Below, piece after piece: positions 49,301-59,316 of a stretch of DNA of 64,000 nt. The notes beneath the pieces are model-generated. The model saw only the letters and a list, made by a program, of their open reading frames with translations. It made no database searches and was not told the origin of the DNA. Source of the stretch: Chloroflexota bacterium (GTDB lineage Bacteria > Chloroflexota > Dehalococcoidia > Lucifugimonadales > UBA3495); contig JAPPLU010000037.1 of the NCBI GenBank assembly GCA_028874075.1, forward strand, positions 37,318 through 101,317. The letters run 5' to 3'. Within the stretch, counting starts at the first letter, position 1. Each line of letters opens with the position of its first letter. The position numbers were made by a program, and so were the translations under genes.

Positions 49301-50053
49301 ATGGGAAAACTGGACGATAAGGTAGCCCTGATAACCGGCTCCGGCCGCAACATTGGCCGGGCCACAGCCCTCAAGTTTGCCGAGGAGGGAGCAGACATCA
49401 TAGTCAACGCCCGCAGCAACCGGGAGGAGGCTGAAGCCGTTGCCGAGGAAGTGCGTGCGCTGGGCCGCCGGGCGCTTCCCGTCCTGGCTGACGTCTCCAA
49501 CAAGGAGCAGGTTGACAGCATGGTGAAAATGGCCCTGGAGGAGTTTGGCCGCATAGATATCCTGCTGAACAATGCGGCAATTCGTCCTCACAAGCCCTTC
49601 CTGGACCTGACCCTGGAAGACTGGGAATACGTGCGGGGCGTGGTACTGGACGGCGCCTTCTACTGCACCCACGCGGTAATGCCTTCCATGGTGGAAAACA
49701 AATATGGACGCGTCCTCTTTTTCACGGGAGATGGAGCCTGGGCCGGCGGCGCCCAGCGGGGCCACGTGTCGGCTGCCAAAATGGGGCTGGTGGGCTTCTC
49801 GCGAAGCCTTGCCACAGAGTTTGCCCCCTACAATGTGCGGGTGAACGTGGTGTCCCCCGGCAGCATTGATACCAGCCGGGCTAACCCGGAGTGGTACCCG
49901 GATGCCCGTCCTCCCAACGCTGCCGGCATACCCCTGGGGCGCCAGGGCAAGACCGACGAAATCGCGGCTGCCTGCCTGTTCCTGGTCAGCGACGATGGGG
50001 GGTTCATAACCGGCCAAACGCTGCACGTGAATGGTGGGGCGGCGTTCTTCTAG
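49301..50053 (+). CDS. SDR-family oxidoreductase
   Basis: KVALITGSGRNIGRATA, NNAA and a YxxxK region. It is a paralogue of 31273..32040. Confidence 0.85.
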   Translation: MGKLDDKVALITGSGRNIGRATALKFAEEGADIIVNARSNREEAEAVAEEVRALGRRALPVLADVSNKEQVDSMVKMALEEFGRIDILLNNAAIRPHKPFLDLTLEDWEYVRGVVLDGAFYCTHAVMPSMVENKYGRVLFFTGDGAWAGGAQRGHVSAAKMGLVGFSRSLATEFAPYNVRVNVVSPGSIDTSRANPEWYPDARPPNAAGIPLGRQGKTDEIAAACLFLVSDDGGFITGQTLHVNGGAAFF

Positions 50054-50157
50054 GGCATCGCGACCTGCCGGCAGGGCATAAGGAAGGGGGCGAGTCAAGC
50101 ACTCACCCCCTTCTCCTCTCTGCAGTTCCATTTTTGGCCGCAGCCGACCCCAATTGG

Positions 50158-50835
50158 TTAATCCCGGAACCGAAACTCTTTCAAGTCCGACGGAATAATC
50201 AAGTCAGCTTCCGTGAGCTCCTGGATTTCTTCCGGGTTCCAGCCCGGGGCGTGTTCCCGCAACTCAAAGCCGTCCGGTGTTATCTTGAACAGGCCAAGGT
50301 CGGTGGCCACCAGGGTTACGACGCCAGGCGCAGTGATGGGGAGAGCGCAACGCTTTAGCATCCGGGGCTTGCCGTCCCGGGTAGTATGTTCCATGGCGAT
50401 GAAGACCTGCTTGGCGCAGGCGGCCAGGTCCATGGCGCCACCAATGCCGCCGCCTTTGCGGTTGGGAATGCGCCAGTTGGCAAAGTCACCGTTCTCGGCA
50501 ACTTCGTAGGCGCCCATTACCGTTACGTCTACCATTCCGCCCCGTATAAGCGCGAAGGAGTCGGCGTGGTGAACAATGGCCATTCCGGGCATAGGCACCA
50601 CATTCTGTCCCCCCGCGTTAACCAGATGCCTGTCCTCTTCACCGGCGGGCGCCAGCGGCCCGTAACCAATGACTCCGTTTTCCGAGTGAAAGATCAGGTC
50701 CTTGGTGGGGTCGACGTAATTGGAGCACAGGGTGGGCATTCCCACCCCCAGGTTCACAATCCAGTCGTCCTGAAACTCCATGGCCAGCCGGTCGCACATG
50801 GCCTGGCGATGTAGCTTGGGTTTCTCTTCAGCCAT
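50158..50835 (-). CDS. 3-oxoacid CoA-transferase subunit B
   Basis: HSENGVIGYGP (catalytic Glu in SENG) and GGAMD. Confidence 0.88.
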   Translation of the reverse strand: MAEEKPKLHRQAMCDRLAMEFQDDWIVNLGVGMPTLCSNYVDPTKDLIFHSENGVIGYGPLAPAGEEDRHLVNAGGQNVVPMPGMAIVHHADSFALIRGGMVDVTVMGAYEVAENGDFANWRIPNRKGGGIGGAMDLAACAKQVFIAMEHTTRDGKPRMLKRCALPITAPGVVTLVATDLGLFKITPDGFELREHAPGWNPEEIQELTEADLIIPSDLKEFRFRD

Positions 50836-50882
50836 TCTGGTTCCTCCTTGAGGGAACTTACAGTTAATGCGAGGGTCCTGGC

Positions 50883-51581
50883 TTAGTCAAAAATGCCGTC
50901 GGGTGGAATCTTTACCAGGCGGTTCACGTAAACGCCGGGGACGTGAATCTTGTCCGGGTCCAGTTCTCCGACCGGCACAATCTCGTCCTCAATTTCGACC
51001 ACCGTGACTCGAGCGGCCATTGCCATAATGGGATTGAAGTTTCGCTGGGCGAGCCTGAACTGGAGGTTGCCGAACTCGTCGGCTCTCCAGGCCCGAATCA
51101 GCGCGTAGTCGGCGTGGAGGGGATATTCGAGCACGTAGGTGCGCCCGTTAATCTTCCGGTGTTCTTTCCCTTCGGCCAGTTCGGTGCCGACGCTGGCGGG
51201 AGTGTAGAAGGCTCCGATGCCCGATGCTGCGGCTCGGATGCGTTCCGCCAAGGTTCCCTGGGGGACAGTCTCAGCGTCAATAGTGCCTTCATTGTACATT
51301 CGGACAAAGGGGCTTATCTGGGAAGGATGAGTGGGTGAAGTGAAGGCGGCGTACATCTTTTTTACCTGCCCGGCTTCAATCAAGGTACCCACATCCACCT
51401 TTTCGTCCAGGGTGCCGCAGTTGTTGGAAATGCCGGTCAGGCCACTGGCGCCCTGGCGATGGAGGGCAGCCAGCAGGTTGCGGGGCACACCCACGCCGCT
51501 GAAGCCGGGCGACATGAAAGTCGAACCATCGGCAACATCGGCGACCGCCTCGTCAAAGGTCTGGTAGATTTTGTTTTTCAT
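50883..51581 (-). CDS. 3-oxoacid CoA-transferase subunit A
   Basis: MKNKIYQTFDEAVADVADGSTFM.GGF and PQGTLAERIRA, adjacent to subunit B. Confidence 0.88.
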   Translation of the reverse strand: MKNKIYQTFDEAVADVADGSTFMSPGFSGVGVPRNLLAALHRQGASGLTGISNNCGTLDEKVDVGTLIEAGQVKKMYAAFTSPTHPSQISPFVRMYNEGTIDAETVPQGTLAERIRAAASGIGAFYTPASVGTELAEGKEHRKINGRTYVLEYPLHADYALIRAWRADEFGNLQFRLAQRNFNPIMAMAARVTVVEIEDEIVPVGELDPDKIHVPGVYVNRLVKIPPDGIFD

Positions 51582-51778
51582 CTATGCCTGCTCCTGGAGG
51601 ACATTGTGCCCTACATACTACCGCAGACCGTCATTCCTTGCCACATTCTGGCCCACTTTAGCGTCTCGCCCAAATGGCCTGAGCCGTCCCACCCCCTTGA
51701 CAAGGAAGCCGATTAGAAGAAAAATCCATTGAGTAAACGTACCAACGTTTCAAATCGCAAACCGAATGGGAGGGCAGT

Positions 51779-52855
51779 ATGGCTGCAGAGCACCGAACAC
51801 ACCTCTACGTAGGAATTGCCGGTGAAGGACCGCTGATTGAGGGCATAGGGGAGCCCAGGCCTCTGGGCAGCGGTGGACTTTATCGCCAGGCCGATGGGGA
51901 GGACAACTGGCAGAGCGCTGCCAAGGGACTGCCCGAAGAGCCCCAGGTGAGGGCTCTTATGGTCCACCCCGAAAATTCCTCGGTGGTTTACGCCGGCACC
52001 CAGTCCGGGGTTTTCCGCAGTGAAGACCGGGGAGACCACTGGGAACGGACCGATTCTCCTGAAGGGGATGTGTGGTCATTGGCGGTACATCCCCAAGACC
52101 CGTCCATAATGTACGCTGGGTACGACCAGTATGTAATTTGCCGCTCCGACGACGGTGGAGCAACCTGGCGGAAGGGCAATACTGCCGACATTTCTTTCCC
52201 CCACATCACGATGAATCCCTACCCCATCTGCAAACGGGTGATTGGGCTGGCCATCGACTCACATAATCCCCAGGACATCTATGGAGCTATCGAAGTTGGC
52301 GGCCTGGTTGCCAGCCGGGACGGCGGGGAGAACTGGGAATCGATTACTGACGGCCATTACACCAGGACGGGCCCAGTGGACCTGCACGGCGTCCAGGTGA
52401 ACCGCAAAGCGCCGGGCCTGGTCTACATCATCACCCAGCTGGCCATGTTCCGCAGCCGGAACAGCGGCAGCAACTGGGAATTTGTCGACATTGAGGAAAT
52501 GTTCCCCGGCGGTAGTTACTGCCGCGACCTGGTAGTGGCTCCGGACGATCCCAACACCATGTACCTGGCTGCCGGCGCCGGTGGTGGTAGTTCGCCCCCG
52601 AGTACCGTCGAGGCCGGTGTGCTGGTGCGGAGCCGCGACGCCGGGGAGACGTGGGAGCGAGTTGAACTGGGTGAAATCGCCCCCAGCCGCATGTTCCAAA
52701 TCGCCATTGACCCCAAGGCGCCCAACAACGTCTACTGCAGCGACCGGGATGGACTGGTTTTCCGCAGCAACGACCGTGGCGAGACCTGGAGCAAGACCCA
52801 GGTTCCCGGCGAAATGTCCCGCGGCCGCCACGTTTATCCCATGGTTTGCGGCTAA
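51779..52855 (+). CDS. BNR/Asp-box repeat beta-propeller protein
   Basis: Six Asp-box repeats: SEDRGDHW, SDDGGATW, SRDGGENW, SRNSGSNW, SRDAGETW, SNDRGETW. Confidence 0.75.
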   Translation: MAAEHRTHLYVGIAGEGPLIEGIGEPRPLGSGGLYRQADGEDNWQSAAKGLPEEPQVRALMVHPENSSVVYAGTQSGVFRSEDRGDHWERTDSPEGDVWSLAVHPQDPSIMYAGYDQYVICRSDDGGATWRKGNTADISFPHITMNPYPICKRVIGLAIDSHNPQDIYGAIEVGGLVASRDGGENWESITDGHYTRTGPVDLHGVQVNRKAPGLVYIITQLAMFRSRNSGSNWEFVDIEEMFPGGSYCRDLVVAPDDPNTMYLAAGAGGGSSPPSTVEAGVLVRSRDAGETWERVELGEIAPSRMFQIAIDPKAPNNVYCSDRDGLVFRSNDRGETWSKTQVPGEMSRGRHVYPMVCG

Positions 52856-52958
52856 CTGGCCCGATGCCAAGCCGAAAGGGAAGGGGCGCCAGAAAAGGAC
52901 GAACCGGCGCTCTTTCCCGTCGGACTGATACTTTTTTGACAGGAAAGCGAGGTTCCCA

Positions 52959-53582
52959 TTGACATCCGCAGCACTAGAACGCGCCACCTACCGGATCTCG
53001 GACCAGGACCTGGAGTACATGGTACTGGACCGGAGCGACCTTCCCGAGGACTTCCAGAGTTACCAGCAGGTGCGGGTGGGCGTCCTGGATAATGAGAACA
53101 TGGCGGCCCACGGGTTCGCGGGGAGTACGGCGGCCAGGTTCAGCCAGGCCGGTCGCATCACCGGCTACATGCGAGAGTTTGGTCCTACATCGGAGATGAA
53201 CGTATTCGACGGGTTCAACTTTGTTGGATCGACGGTGGCCCACCTGTTTGACAAGCCGGAGTCCGTCACTTCGTGGATGACCGACATTTTCCTAAAGGAC
53301 TTCGAAAGCAACGTGGGTGAGAGCGTGGGCGAGGGCCACCAACTAATTTCGGTGGATCGCCTGAATCCTTCGGGCTTTTTCGATGAAGCCGTGGCATTGA
53401 AGGCGGTGCAAGGCGGACCCCAGGGCGTTGTTTCATCAACGGTTATCGATTTCCGGGTGGGAAGAATCCTGGGTGTGGCGTTTGTCGGCACCGTCGGAAA
53501 TCACGACCGCCTTGACCTGACCGGAAAACTGGCCCTGGCCCTGGAGAAGCGGATAGTTCAGGTGGTACTGGGGGCCATTTAA
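52959..53582 (+). CDS. hypothetical protein
   Basis: 207-aa ORF with a TTG start and a GAAAGCGAGG RBS-like element 7 nt upstream. No family recognised. Confidence 0.4.
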   Translation: MTSAALERATYRISDQDLEYMVLDRSDLPEDFQSYQQVRVGVLDNENMAAHGFAGSTAARFSQAGRITGYMREFGPTSEMNVFDGFNFVGSTVAHLFDKPESVTSWMTDIFLKDFESNVGESVGEGHQLISVDRLNPSGFFDEAVALKAVQGGPQGVVSSTVIDFRVGRILGVAFVGTVGNHDRLDLTGKLALALEKRIVQVVLGAI

Positions 53583-53696
53583 GGGTCTAACCCTAACTTC
53601 GCATCTATTGTGGGGTTTGACGGTGTTCGGATATGGGACCCAGACTACGATCCTTTTCCCGACATTGCTTCCATGCCTTCAATGATCTAAAGGGGT

Positions 53697-54785
53697 GTGC
53701 CTATGGCCAATCGTGACCGACTGGTTGAAACGCTTATCGACTTGATCCGGATTGACAGCCCCACCGGGGAGGAGGACGAGATTGACCGGGAAGTTACTTC
53801 CCGGCTTCAGAACCTGGGGTTCGAGGTTCGCCATGACAACTACCAGAACCTTATTGCAACCCTTGATGGGAGTGGCGAACCCCTTATGCTGTCGGCACAC
53901 CTGGACACCGTTGAACCGGGGAGAGGCATCCGGCCGCACCTCGACGGCGATGTTCTGCGTTCAGATGGAACTACCATCCTGGGTGGAGATTGCAAAGCAG
54001 GCGTTGCGATAGTGCTGGAAGCGCTGACCGCCGTGGTAGAGTCGGGAGCTTCTCATGTGCCGGTGGAGGTAGTTTTCTCCCGGGCTGAGGAAGGCGGCCT
54101 CAACGGGGCGCGTAACCTGGATTTCAGCCTGATCGGCGCCAGGCGGGGTGTGGTCTTTGATGGCGAGGGCCCGGTGAACCGGGTGACAGTTTCGGCGCCG
54201 GCCCAAAATGTGGTCAAGGCGGAAATCACCGGCCGGGCTTCTCATGCCGGCCTGGAACCGGAGAATGGGATATCTGCCCTGGTGATTGCCGGGCACCTCC
54301 TCACCAGGCTTCCGTTGGGCAGGATTGATGAAGAGACCACCTCCAACATTGGCTATTTGGAAGGCGGACTGAAACGCAACATAATCCCCGAACGGGCGTT
54401 TCTCGATGGGGAGATTCGCAGCCGAGACCAGCAAAAGCTGGACCACTATACTGACAGCTTCCGAAGAGTGTTCAGCGAGGTAGGGAAGATGTACCCCGAG
54501 GCCCGAATTGACCTGGACATTACCAATACATACCAGTCTTACAGGGTGGAACCGGAACATCCCACGCTGGCGATGCTGTCGCGGGCGTTGGCAGAAGTTG
54601 GGCTGGAGCCGATGCTCGGCGGTAGTGGGGGAGGCTCCGACGCCAACGTGTTCTTTGAGCACGGAATCGCGGCCCTGCCAGTAGGGATCGGAGTCCGCTC
54701 CTTCCATACACGGGAAGAAACAGCCCTGATTCCAGAAGTTCTGCAGGGGGCTGAAATGTGCGAGAAGCTGATGTTGTCCACTTAG
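53697..54785 (+). CDS. M20-family metallopeptidase (peptidase T-like)
   Basis: LIRIDSPTGEE, LSAHLDTV, GGDCKAGVA, EEGGL.GA and GGGSDAN. Confidence 0.8.
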   Translation: MPMANRDRLVETLIDLIRIDSPTGEEDEIDREVTSRLQNLGFEVRHDNYQNLIATLDGSGEPLMLSAHLDTVEPGRGIRPHLDGDVLRSDGTTILGGDCKAGVAIVLEALTAVVESGASHVPVEVVFSRAEEGGLNGARNLDFSLIGARRGVVFDGEGPVNRVTVSAPAQNVVKAEITGRASHAGLEPENGISALVIAGHLLTRLPLGRIDEETTSNIGYLEGGLKRNIIPERAFLDGEIRSRDQQKLDHYTDSFRRVFSEVGKMYPEARIDLDITNTYQSYRVEPEHPTLAMLSRALAEVGLEPMLGGSGGGSDANVFFEHGIAALPVGIGVRSFHTREETALIPEVLQGAEMCEKLMLST

Positions 54786-54856
54786 CAAGGCGAGAACCGG
54801 AGGCCACACTCATCGCACGTAGACTTCGTACTTAACCCCCCGGCTCTCCATTCAGG

Positions 54857-54894
54857 GAAAAAACAGCCCCGGCCATTCACCGAAGGCCGGGGCT
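54857..54894 (-). terminator. intrinsic terminator of the lipoprotein operon
   Basis: 10-bp stem agccccggcc (54865-74) / ggccggggct (54885-94). On the minus strand it is followed by GTTTTTTCCC. Confidence 0.7.
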
Positions 54895-54920
54895 GACCTA
54901 TGCGGTTAGGTTAGTAAGTT

Positions 54921-56624
54921 TTACTGGTTGAGTGTTATGCCGTGCCTTTCCAGGAGTTCTTGGACTCGGCGGTCCGCCAGCCTCCTGAGCTTGTCCGCAT
55001 TGGCGCGCTCCTCGTCCATCCCCCGGTAGACGTCGCTTTCGTAAGGAGCCCAGGTATTTGAGAGGCTGCGCAGGGCCGCGCCCTCTCGTTCCACCGCCTC
55101 GGAGAGCAAGTCGGAACTGGGCCGCAGGTAAGAGACCTGTGAGAGGCCACGCACCCGACTGGCAATTTCACTGAAACGCTGGTTGTAAAGCTGCAGCGCT
55201 GACGAGGCGCCGGCACGGTCGCAATCTCCTTCATTGCGGGTCCAGCCGTCGAACTCGCTGTGGAAGGCGTCCCAGTCGTCCATCAGTTCACCGAAGGCTG
55301 CAACAAAATCGGCCAACGCTTCGCGGTCATTTTCGCTGAAGCCCTCCACCAGGTCTTCAAGGTCCCTGTCTGCCTTTCGGCGAATCGCCCTGGTGCTGTC
55401 CAACGTTTCGTCAAAGGTATCAAAGTGTTCCGAGTAGTCGGGCAATGTCGCTCCGTTATCCTCCGTATCCTCGGAGGTTTGGGCCGAACCCTGTTGGCCT
55501 GAAGACCCCGTAGTGTTCCTGGCTAAGAGTATGGGAGTGGATCCCGGTGTCCCGCTTTGAGCGTTGGGAGGTACTGCCCCGGCGTTCTCCCCCGATGCCA
55601 GGCTGCCCTGGTGGGAGTCTTGCGCCGAACCCTGGGGAGTGCCATTCCCGGGGCTGTTGGTGGGCTCTTCGCTCTCTTCCGAACCCATCATCGCGCCGTT
55701 TGGGCCGCCGTTTTCGGTAGGCTCACCGCCATTATCAGCCTCTTCCCCGTTCTCCTCCATACTGGTTGCTTCCTCTCGGGCGGCCCGGCGGATAGTATCC
55801 AGCAGGTCGCCCAAGGCTTCCGCTTCGGACTCTGCAGCTTCGATCAGCGGGTCCTGTACCGGATCGGTTACTTTGTCAGAGGGGATGTCTTCCAGGGCTT
55901 CTACGACGGCTTCATGCTCGTCTACCAGGTCCCGGAGCCTGCTCACAATTTCACTGGACTCCAACTCCAGGTGTTCATCTTCCAGGGTTCCATAGGAGTC
56001 GTAGAACTCGTCCCACGCTGCTTCCACCGGCGCCAGCTCCTTGGCGAAATCCTTGGCAAGCTGACGGTCATCCGGATCGTCCATTTCTTCCAGTTTATCA
56101 ACGGCTACCTGGGTGGCTCGGAGCATATCTGCCGCGGCGGCCCTGGTAGTCTGGGCGTTTTCCAGCAGCATGGTATTGGAAGGGTTCCAGTTGTCCCGCA
56201 GGCCCCTCAGTGAAGCCTCTTCGCTGGCTGCGGCGGCAATGACGTCGTCGGGCAATTCCCGCGCGATTCCCTTACCTGGAAGGTTGCGAGCCTGGCTAGT
56301 AATTTTTCCGAAGTCGCTGGCAAAAACACGGAGGGCAGTCTCCGCCGCAGCACGGTCACAGGCATTGATACCTGAACGCCAGCGATCAAAGTCTACGTGG
56401 AAAGAGTCCCAGTCCTCACTTATAGCCTGCTGGGATTCAGCATGGTCCTGAATCAGTTCCGACGAAACAGGGATTGGAGTAGGTGACACATTGCCGGTCG
56501 GAGAAGAGTCCGTACTCAGGCTTGGTCCGGATTCCGAGTCAGTGGCCTGGTTACTGCACGCCAACGCCAGCACCGCCAGGAGTCCAAGAGAGAAAAAAAA
56601 CAATGGACGAAGGATTATCTTCAT
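54921..56624 (-). CDS. acidic lipoprotein with an internally duplicated domain, unknown function
   Basis: Signal peptide MKIILRPLFFFSLGLLAVLALAC (lipobox-like). Two homologous modules start DWDSFHVDFDRW...CDRAAAETAL and DWDAFHSEFDGW..CDRAGASSAL, separated by a low-complexity S/G/E/N linker. Confidence 0.6.
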   Translation of the reverse strand: MKIILRPLFFFSLGLLAVLALACSNQATDSESGPSLSTDSSPTGNVSPTPIPVSSELIQDHAESQQAISEDWDSFHVDFDRWRSGINACDRAAAETALRVFASDFGKITSQARNLPGKGIARELPDDVIAAAASEEASLRGLRDNWNPSNTMLLENAQTTRAAAADMLRATQVAVDKLEEMDDPDDRQLAKDFAKELAPVEAAWDEFYDSYGTLEDEHLELESSEIVSRLRDLVDEHEAVVEALEDIPSDKVTDPVQDPLIEAAESEAEALGDLLDTIRRAAREEATSMEENGEEADNGGEPTENGGPNGAMMGSEESEEPTNSPGNGTPQGSAQDSHQGSLASGENAGAVPPNAQSGTPGSTPILLARNTTGSSGQQGSAQTSEDTEDNGATLPDYSEHFDTFDETLDSTRAIRRKADRDLEDLVEGFSENDREALADFVAAFGELMDDWDAFHSEFDGWTRNEGDCDRAGASSALQLYNQRFSEIASRVRGLSQVSYLRPSSDLLSEAVEREGAALRSLSNTWAPYESDVYRGMDEERANADKLRRLADRRVQELLERHGITLNQ

Positions 56625-57907
56625 TTGGTCTCTAACACCCCTGTATTATCGTTGACCAGGCCGGCCCTGAATGAGCCACTCTGAAGCCGGGAGAGCGCTG
56701 TTTCCAGGCCTTCCGCCGTATCCGCCATAATCACCAGCACGTCCCGATCCCTTGAGCTATTGAGGGAAATGACGGCCATATCTTCCAGCGGGATTCCGGA
56801 AGCGAAGGGCGTGGTCAAGGTATCGCTGATGAGGATTCCGTTTGCTTCAAGGTATCGCGCCGCGCTGGAGTGTTCGCTGAAGAGACCCAGGTAGACGGTA
56901 TCACGGCCCACGTTTTCCGACCCCTGCAGCTGGGCGGTAACTCCCTCGCCTGACAACAATCGCTTCAGGGATGCAGCCTTTGTAACCAAGCCGGGATCCT
57001 CTACGAGGATGTCTACTTCGCCCTGGAAAAACCTGGGGAACTGGGTCAACCGGTAAGTTCGGTCGCTCTCAGTGAGGAAGTCCGCGATGTTGGACACCAT
57101 TCTGGCGTTGTCCTTGACGCCGCTGTAGGGAGGGATCATGAAGGTCCAGTCATAAACTGCCAGCACGTTACGATGGGCACCAATGGCAATGGGGGAATAA
57201 GGTTCATTCACTTCGGAAATGCTGGAAATGGTCTGTCCGCCGGTATAAGCCAGCCCTGGCCCCGCGGATTGCAAAGAGCCCGCGTAATAGAACGCAACTT
57301 CGCTGACGCCGGTGGTAATGGGGTCGGCCTCAAATTCCCGAACGAAAATTTCGCGGAAATTAGAGTCGTACTCGTCCAGGTTGTAAAGGAAGTCAGGCTG
57401 GAAAAATACGCCAAGGGGTTCAGACAGGTCATTCATGTGGAAGAAGCGGCCGGGATCCCCTATCAGCAGGACTTTACCGCCGTCCTCTACGAACTCCAGA
57501 ACGGCTGCGATCTCATCGGGCGAAAACCAGGCAACCGGCAGTATTACCAGGAAAGCGTCAGCCTGGCTCAGTTCGTCGGCCAGGGAGCCCCTGCTGTCGG
57601 CATCATAGAAGCTGGAGCTGTACCCCCTTCCAGATACGCGGGAGAGGAGGACATTCAGCTCTGAGTGGCCAAAATTGTTGCGATGTGCCGCATCAATTAG
57701 CAAATGGCCGCGGGCCTCGCTTCCTACGGGGCTGGAAGTAATAACGGGCTGGTCCGGAAAGTTGATACTAGTGACCGGAACGGACTCAATCTCCTGAAAC
57801 GCTATATCGGGGAGAGGCGGAGGCGAATATGTCCCGCGATAGAATACCAGGAACGCCGCCAGGAGAAAGGCAACCAGGAAAACGGGAAGGACGAGAAGTT
57901 TCCACAC
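56621..57907 (-). CDS. membrane-anchored GldG/DUF4350-like protein
   Basis: N-terminal TM segment, then LLIDAAHRNNFG...ADAFLVILPVAWFSPDEIAAVLEFVEDGGKVLLIGDP (the pattern of ABC-auxiliary/DUF4350 domains). It overlaps the next gene by 4 nt. Confidence 0.45.
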   Translation of the reverse strand: MWKLLVLPVFLVAFLLAAFLVFYRGTYSPPPLPDIAFQEIESVPVTSINFPDQPVITSSPVGSEARGHLLIDAAHRNNFGHSELNVLLSRVSGRGYSSSFYDADSRGSLADELSQADAFLVILPVAWFSPDEIAAVLEFVEDGGKVLLIGDPGRFFHMNDLSEPLGVFFQPDFLYNLDEYDSNFREIFVREFEADPITTGVSEVAFYYAGSLQSAGPGLAYTGGQTISSISEVNEPYSPIAIGAHRNVLAVYDWTFMIPPYSGVKDNARMVSNIADFLTESDRTYRLTQFPRFFQGEVDILVEDPGLVTKAASLKRLLSGEGVTAQLQGSENVGRDTVYLGLFSEHSSAARYLEANGILISDTLTTPFASGIPLEDMAVISLNSSRDRDVLVIMADTAEGLETALSRLQSGSFRAGLVNDNTGVLETK

Positions 57908-57908
57908 T

Positions 57909-59000
57909 TTAGTGGTCGGCTCCTACGTATAGGTAATAGAACTGGGGACGGTTCATTTCCAGGGGCAGATTCGGGAACTGCTGTTCGGTGGGGACTCCAA
58001 AGACCCCGTACTCCAGCGGGCGGTTAATCAAGCCGGTGCCGTCCATGTAGGGCGCTATTTCCACCTGCTCGAAGGATTCGGGGTAGTCTGCAGTGTTTGC
58101 AGTCTGGGGCGGTTCCCCCTTTCCAAGCAAGGAATTACGGCTCGCCAGAATGTTAAGCAGATCGACGTCGGATTCAGACAGGGGTTCATTGGCGTCGCCA
58201 GTAGAAGAATAGATGCGCCGCAAGTCCTGAACAAACAGGCGGTTCACTTCAACGTTAACGTTGACCAAGCTGTAATTTCGTATGCCGGCTAGTTCCGCCA
58301 CCTTCTTGTAGGCCTCCGTGTCGCTTCCTATTTCGTCGACAAGGCCTAAAGCCACGGCCTCCATGCCGGTATAGAGCTTGCCGTCCCCAACTTCTTCACG
58401 GGAGATTTTCAACTTGTCGCCCCGTTCTCTGACCACCATTTCAACGAAGGCTTCTTTCAACATATCCAGGTCGGAGATCCAATCTCTGCGCGAAACGCCG
58501 GTGAGCTTATAAGGGCCGGTGAAGGCGAATTGCTCGGGAATCTGGGGAGGGAAAATAGGTCCCGTGCCGGCTACGACTCCAACGTTGCCAACCAGAGATG
58601 AGGTTTTTGCGAAGGTGTGGTTAGCGCCCATAGCCATCATGTAGCCGCCACTGGCCATCATGCCGTTCATGACCATCACGACAGGCTTCTCAGCCCGCAG
58701 CTTGGCGGTCTCATGGTACAGCTGTTCGCTGGCAGAGGCGCCGCCCCCCGGGCTCGCCATCTTGATAACAACACCCTTTATCTCGGGGTTGCGGCGCGAA
58801 TACTCCAGAAACGATGTAATGATTGCTGCGGAGTTTTCGGAGATGCCGGTGAAAGGAATGTCAATGACACCGATCTTGGGCTTCGCCGGCAGTGCGTAGA
58901 AGAAAAGGCCGTAGCCTATTGCAATGCCAACGATGGCCAGGATCGGACCGGCAACAAACCAGCTTGTCAGTATTCGCCCGAGACCTGATAGAACTCGCAT
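57909..59000 (-). CDS. sppA: signal peptide peptidase SppA (S49, 36K type)
   Basis: VVIKMASPGGGASASEQ and MMASGGYMMAMGANHTFA (catalytic Ser region), with an N-terminal TM segment. Confidence 0.85.
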   Translation of the reverse strand: MRVLSGLGRILTSWFVAGPILAIVGIAIGYGLFFYALPAKPKIGVIDIPFTGISENSAAIITSFLEYSRRNPEIKGVVIKMASPGGGASASEQLYHETAKLRAEKPVVMVMNGMMASGGYMMAMGANHTFAKTSSLVGNVGVVAGTGPIFPPQIPEQFAFTGPYKLTGVSRRDWISDLDMLKEAFVEMVVRERGDKLKISREEVGDGKLYTGMEAVALGLVDEIGSDTEAYKKVAELAGIRNYSLVNVNVEVNRLFVQDLRRIYSSTGDANEPLSESDVDLLNILASRNSLLGKGEPPQTANTADYPESFEQVEIAPYMDGTGLINRPLEYGVFGVPTEQQFPNLPLEMNRPQFYYLYVGADH

Positions 59001-59316
59001 TCCTACCTTCGTCTTCCCACTCCAAAGTGCGTGGGAAGAATGCCATGCCTATTGAAAAACTATTGAAACCTTGAATCGCTGGTAATCGATGGTATCCCAG
59101 GCATAACTGGGTGTCAACGACTCTCCTGACAGCACTACCCGTTCTCATGGCGCAGCTCAATAAACGGTTGTAAAGGAATACGCACGGAATATGATGCCGG
59201 ATTCTCCAGACTTCCTGGTTTGGTAACAATGGGAACTGCAAAAAGCCTAGGAGAACATTGTCAAGAAATTGTGAAGTCAGAACAACCAGGAGCCGACGGG
59301 AACTGGCATTGGGTTG

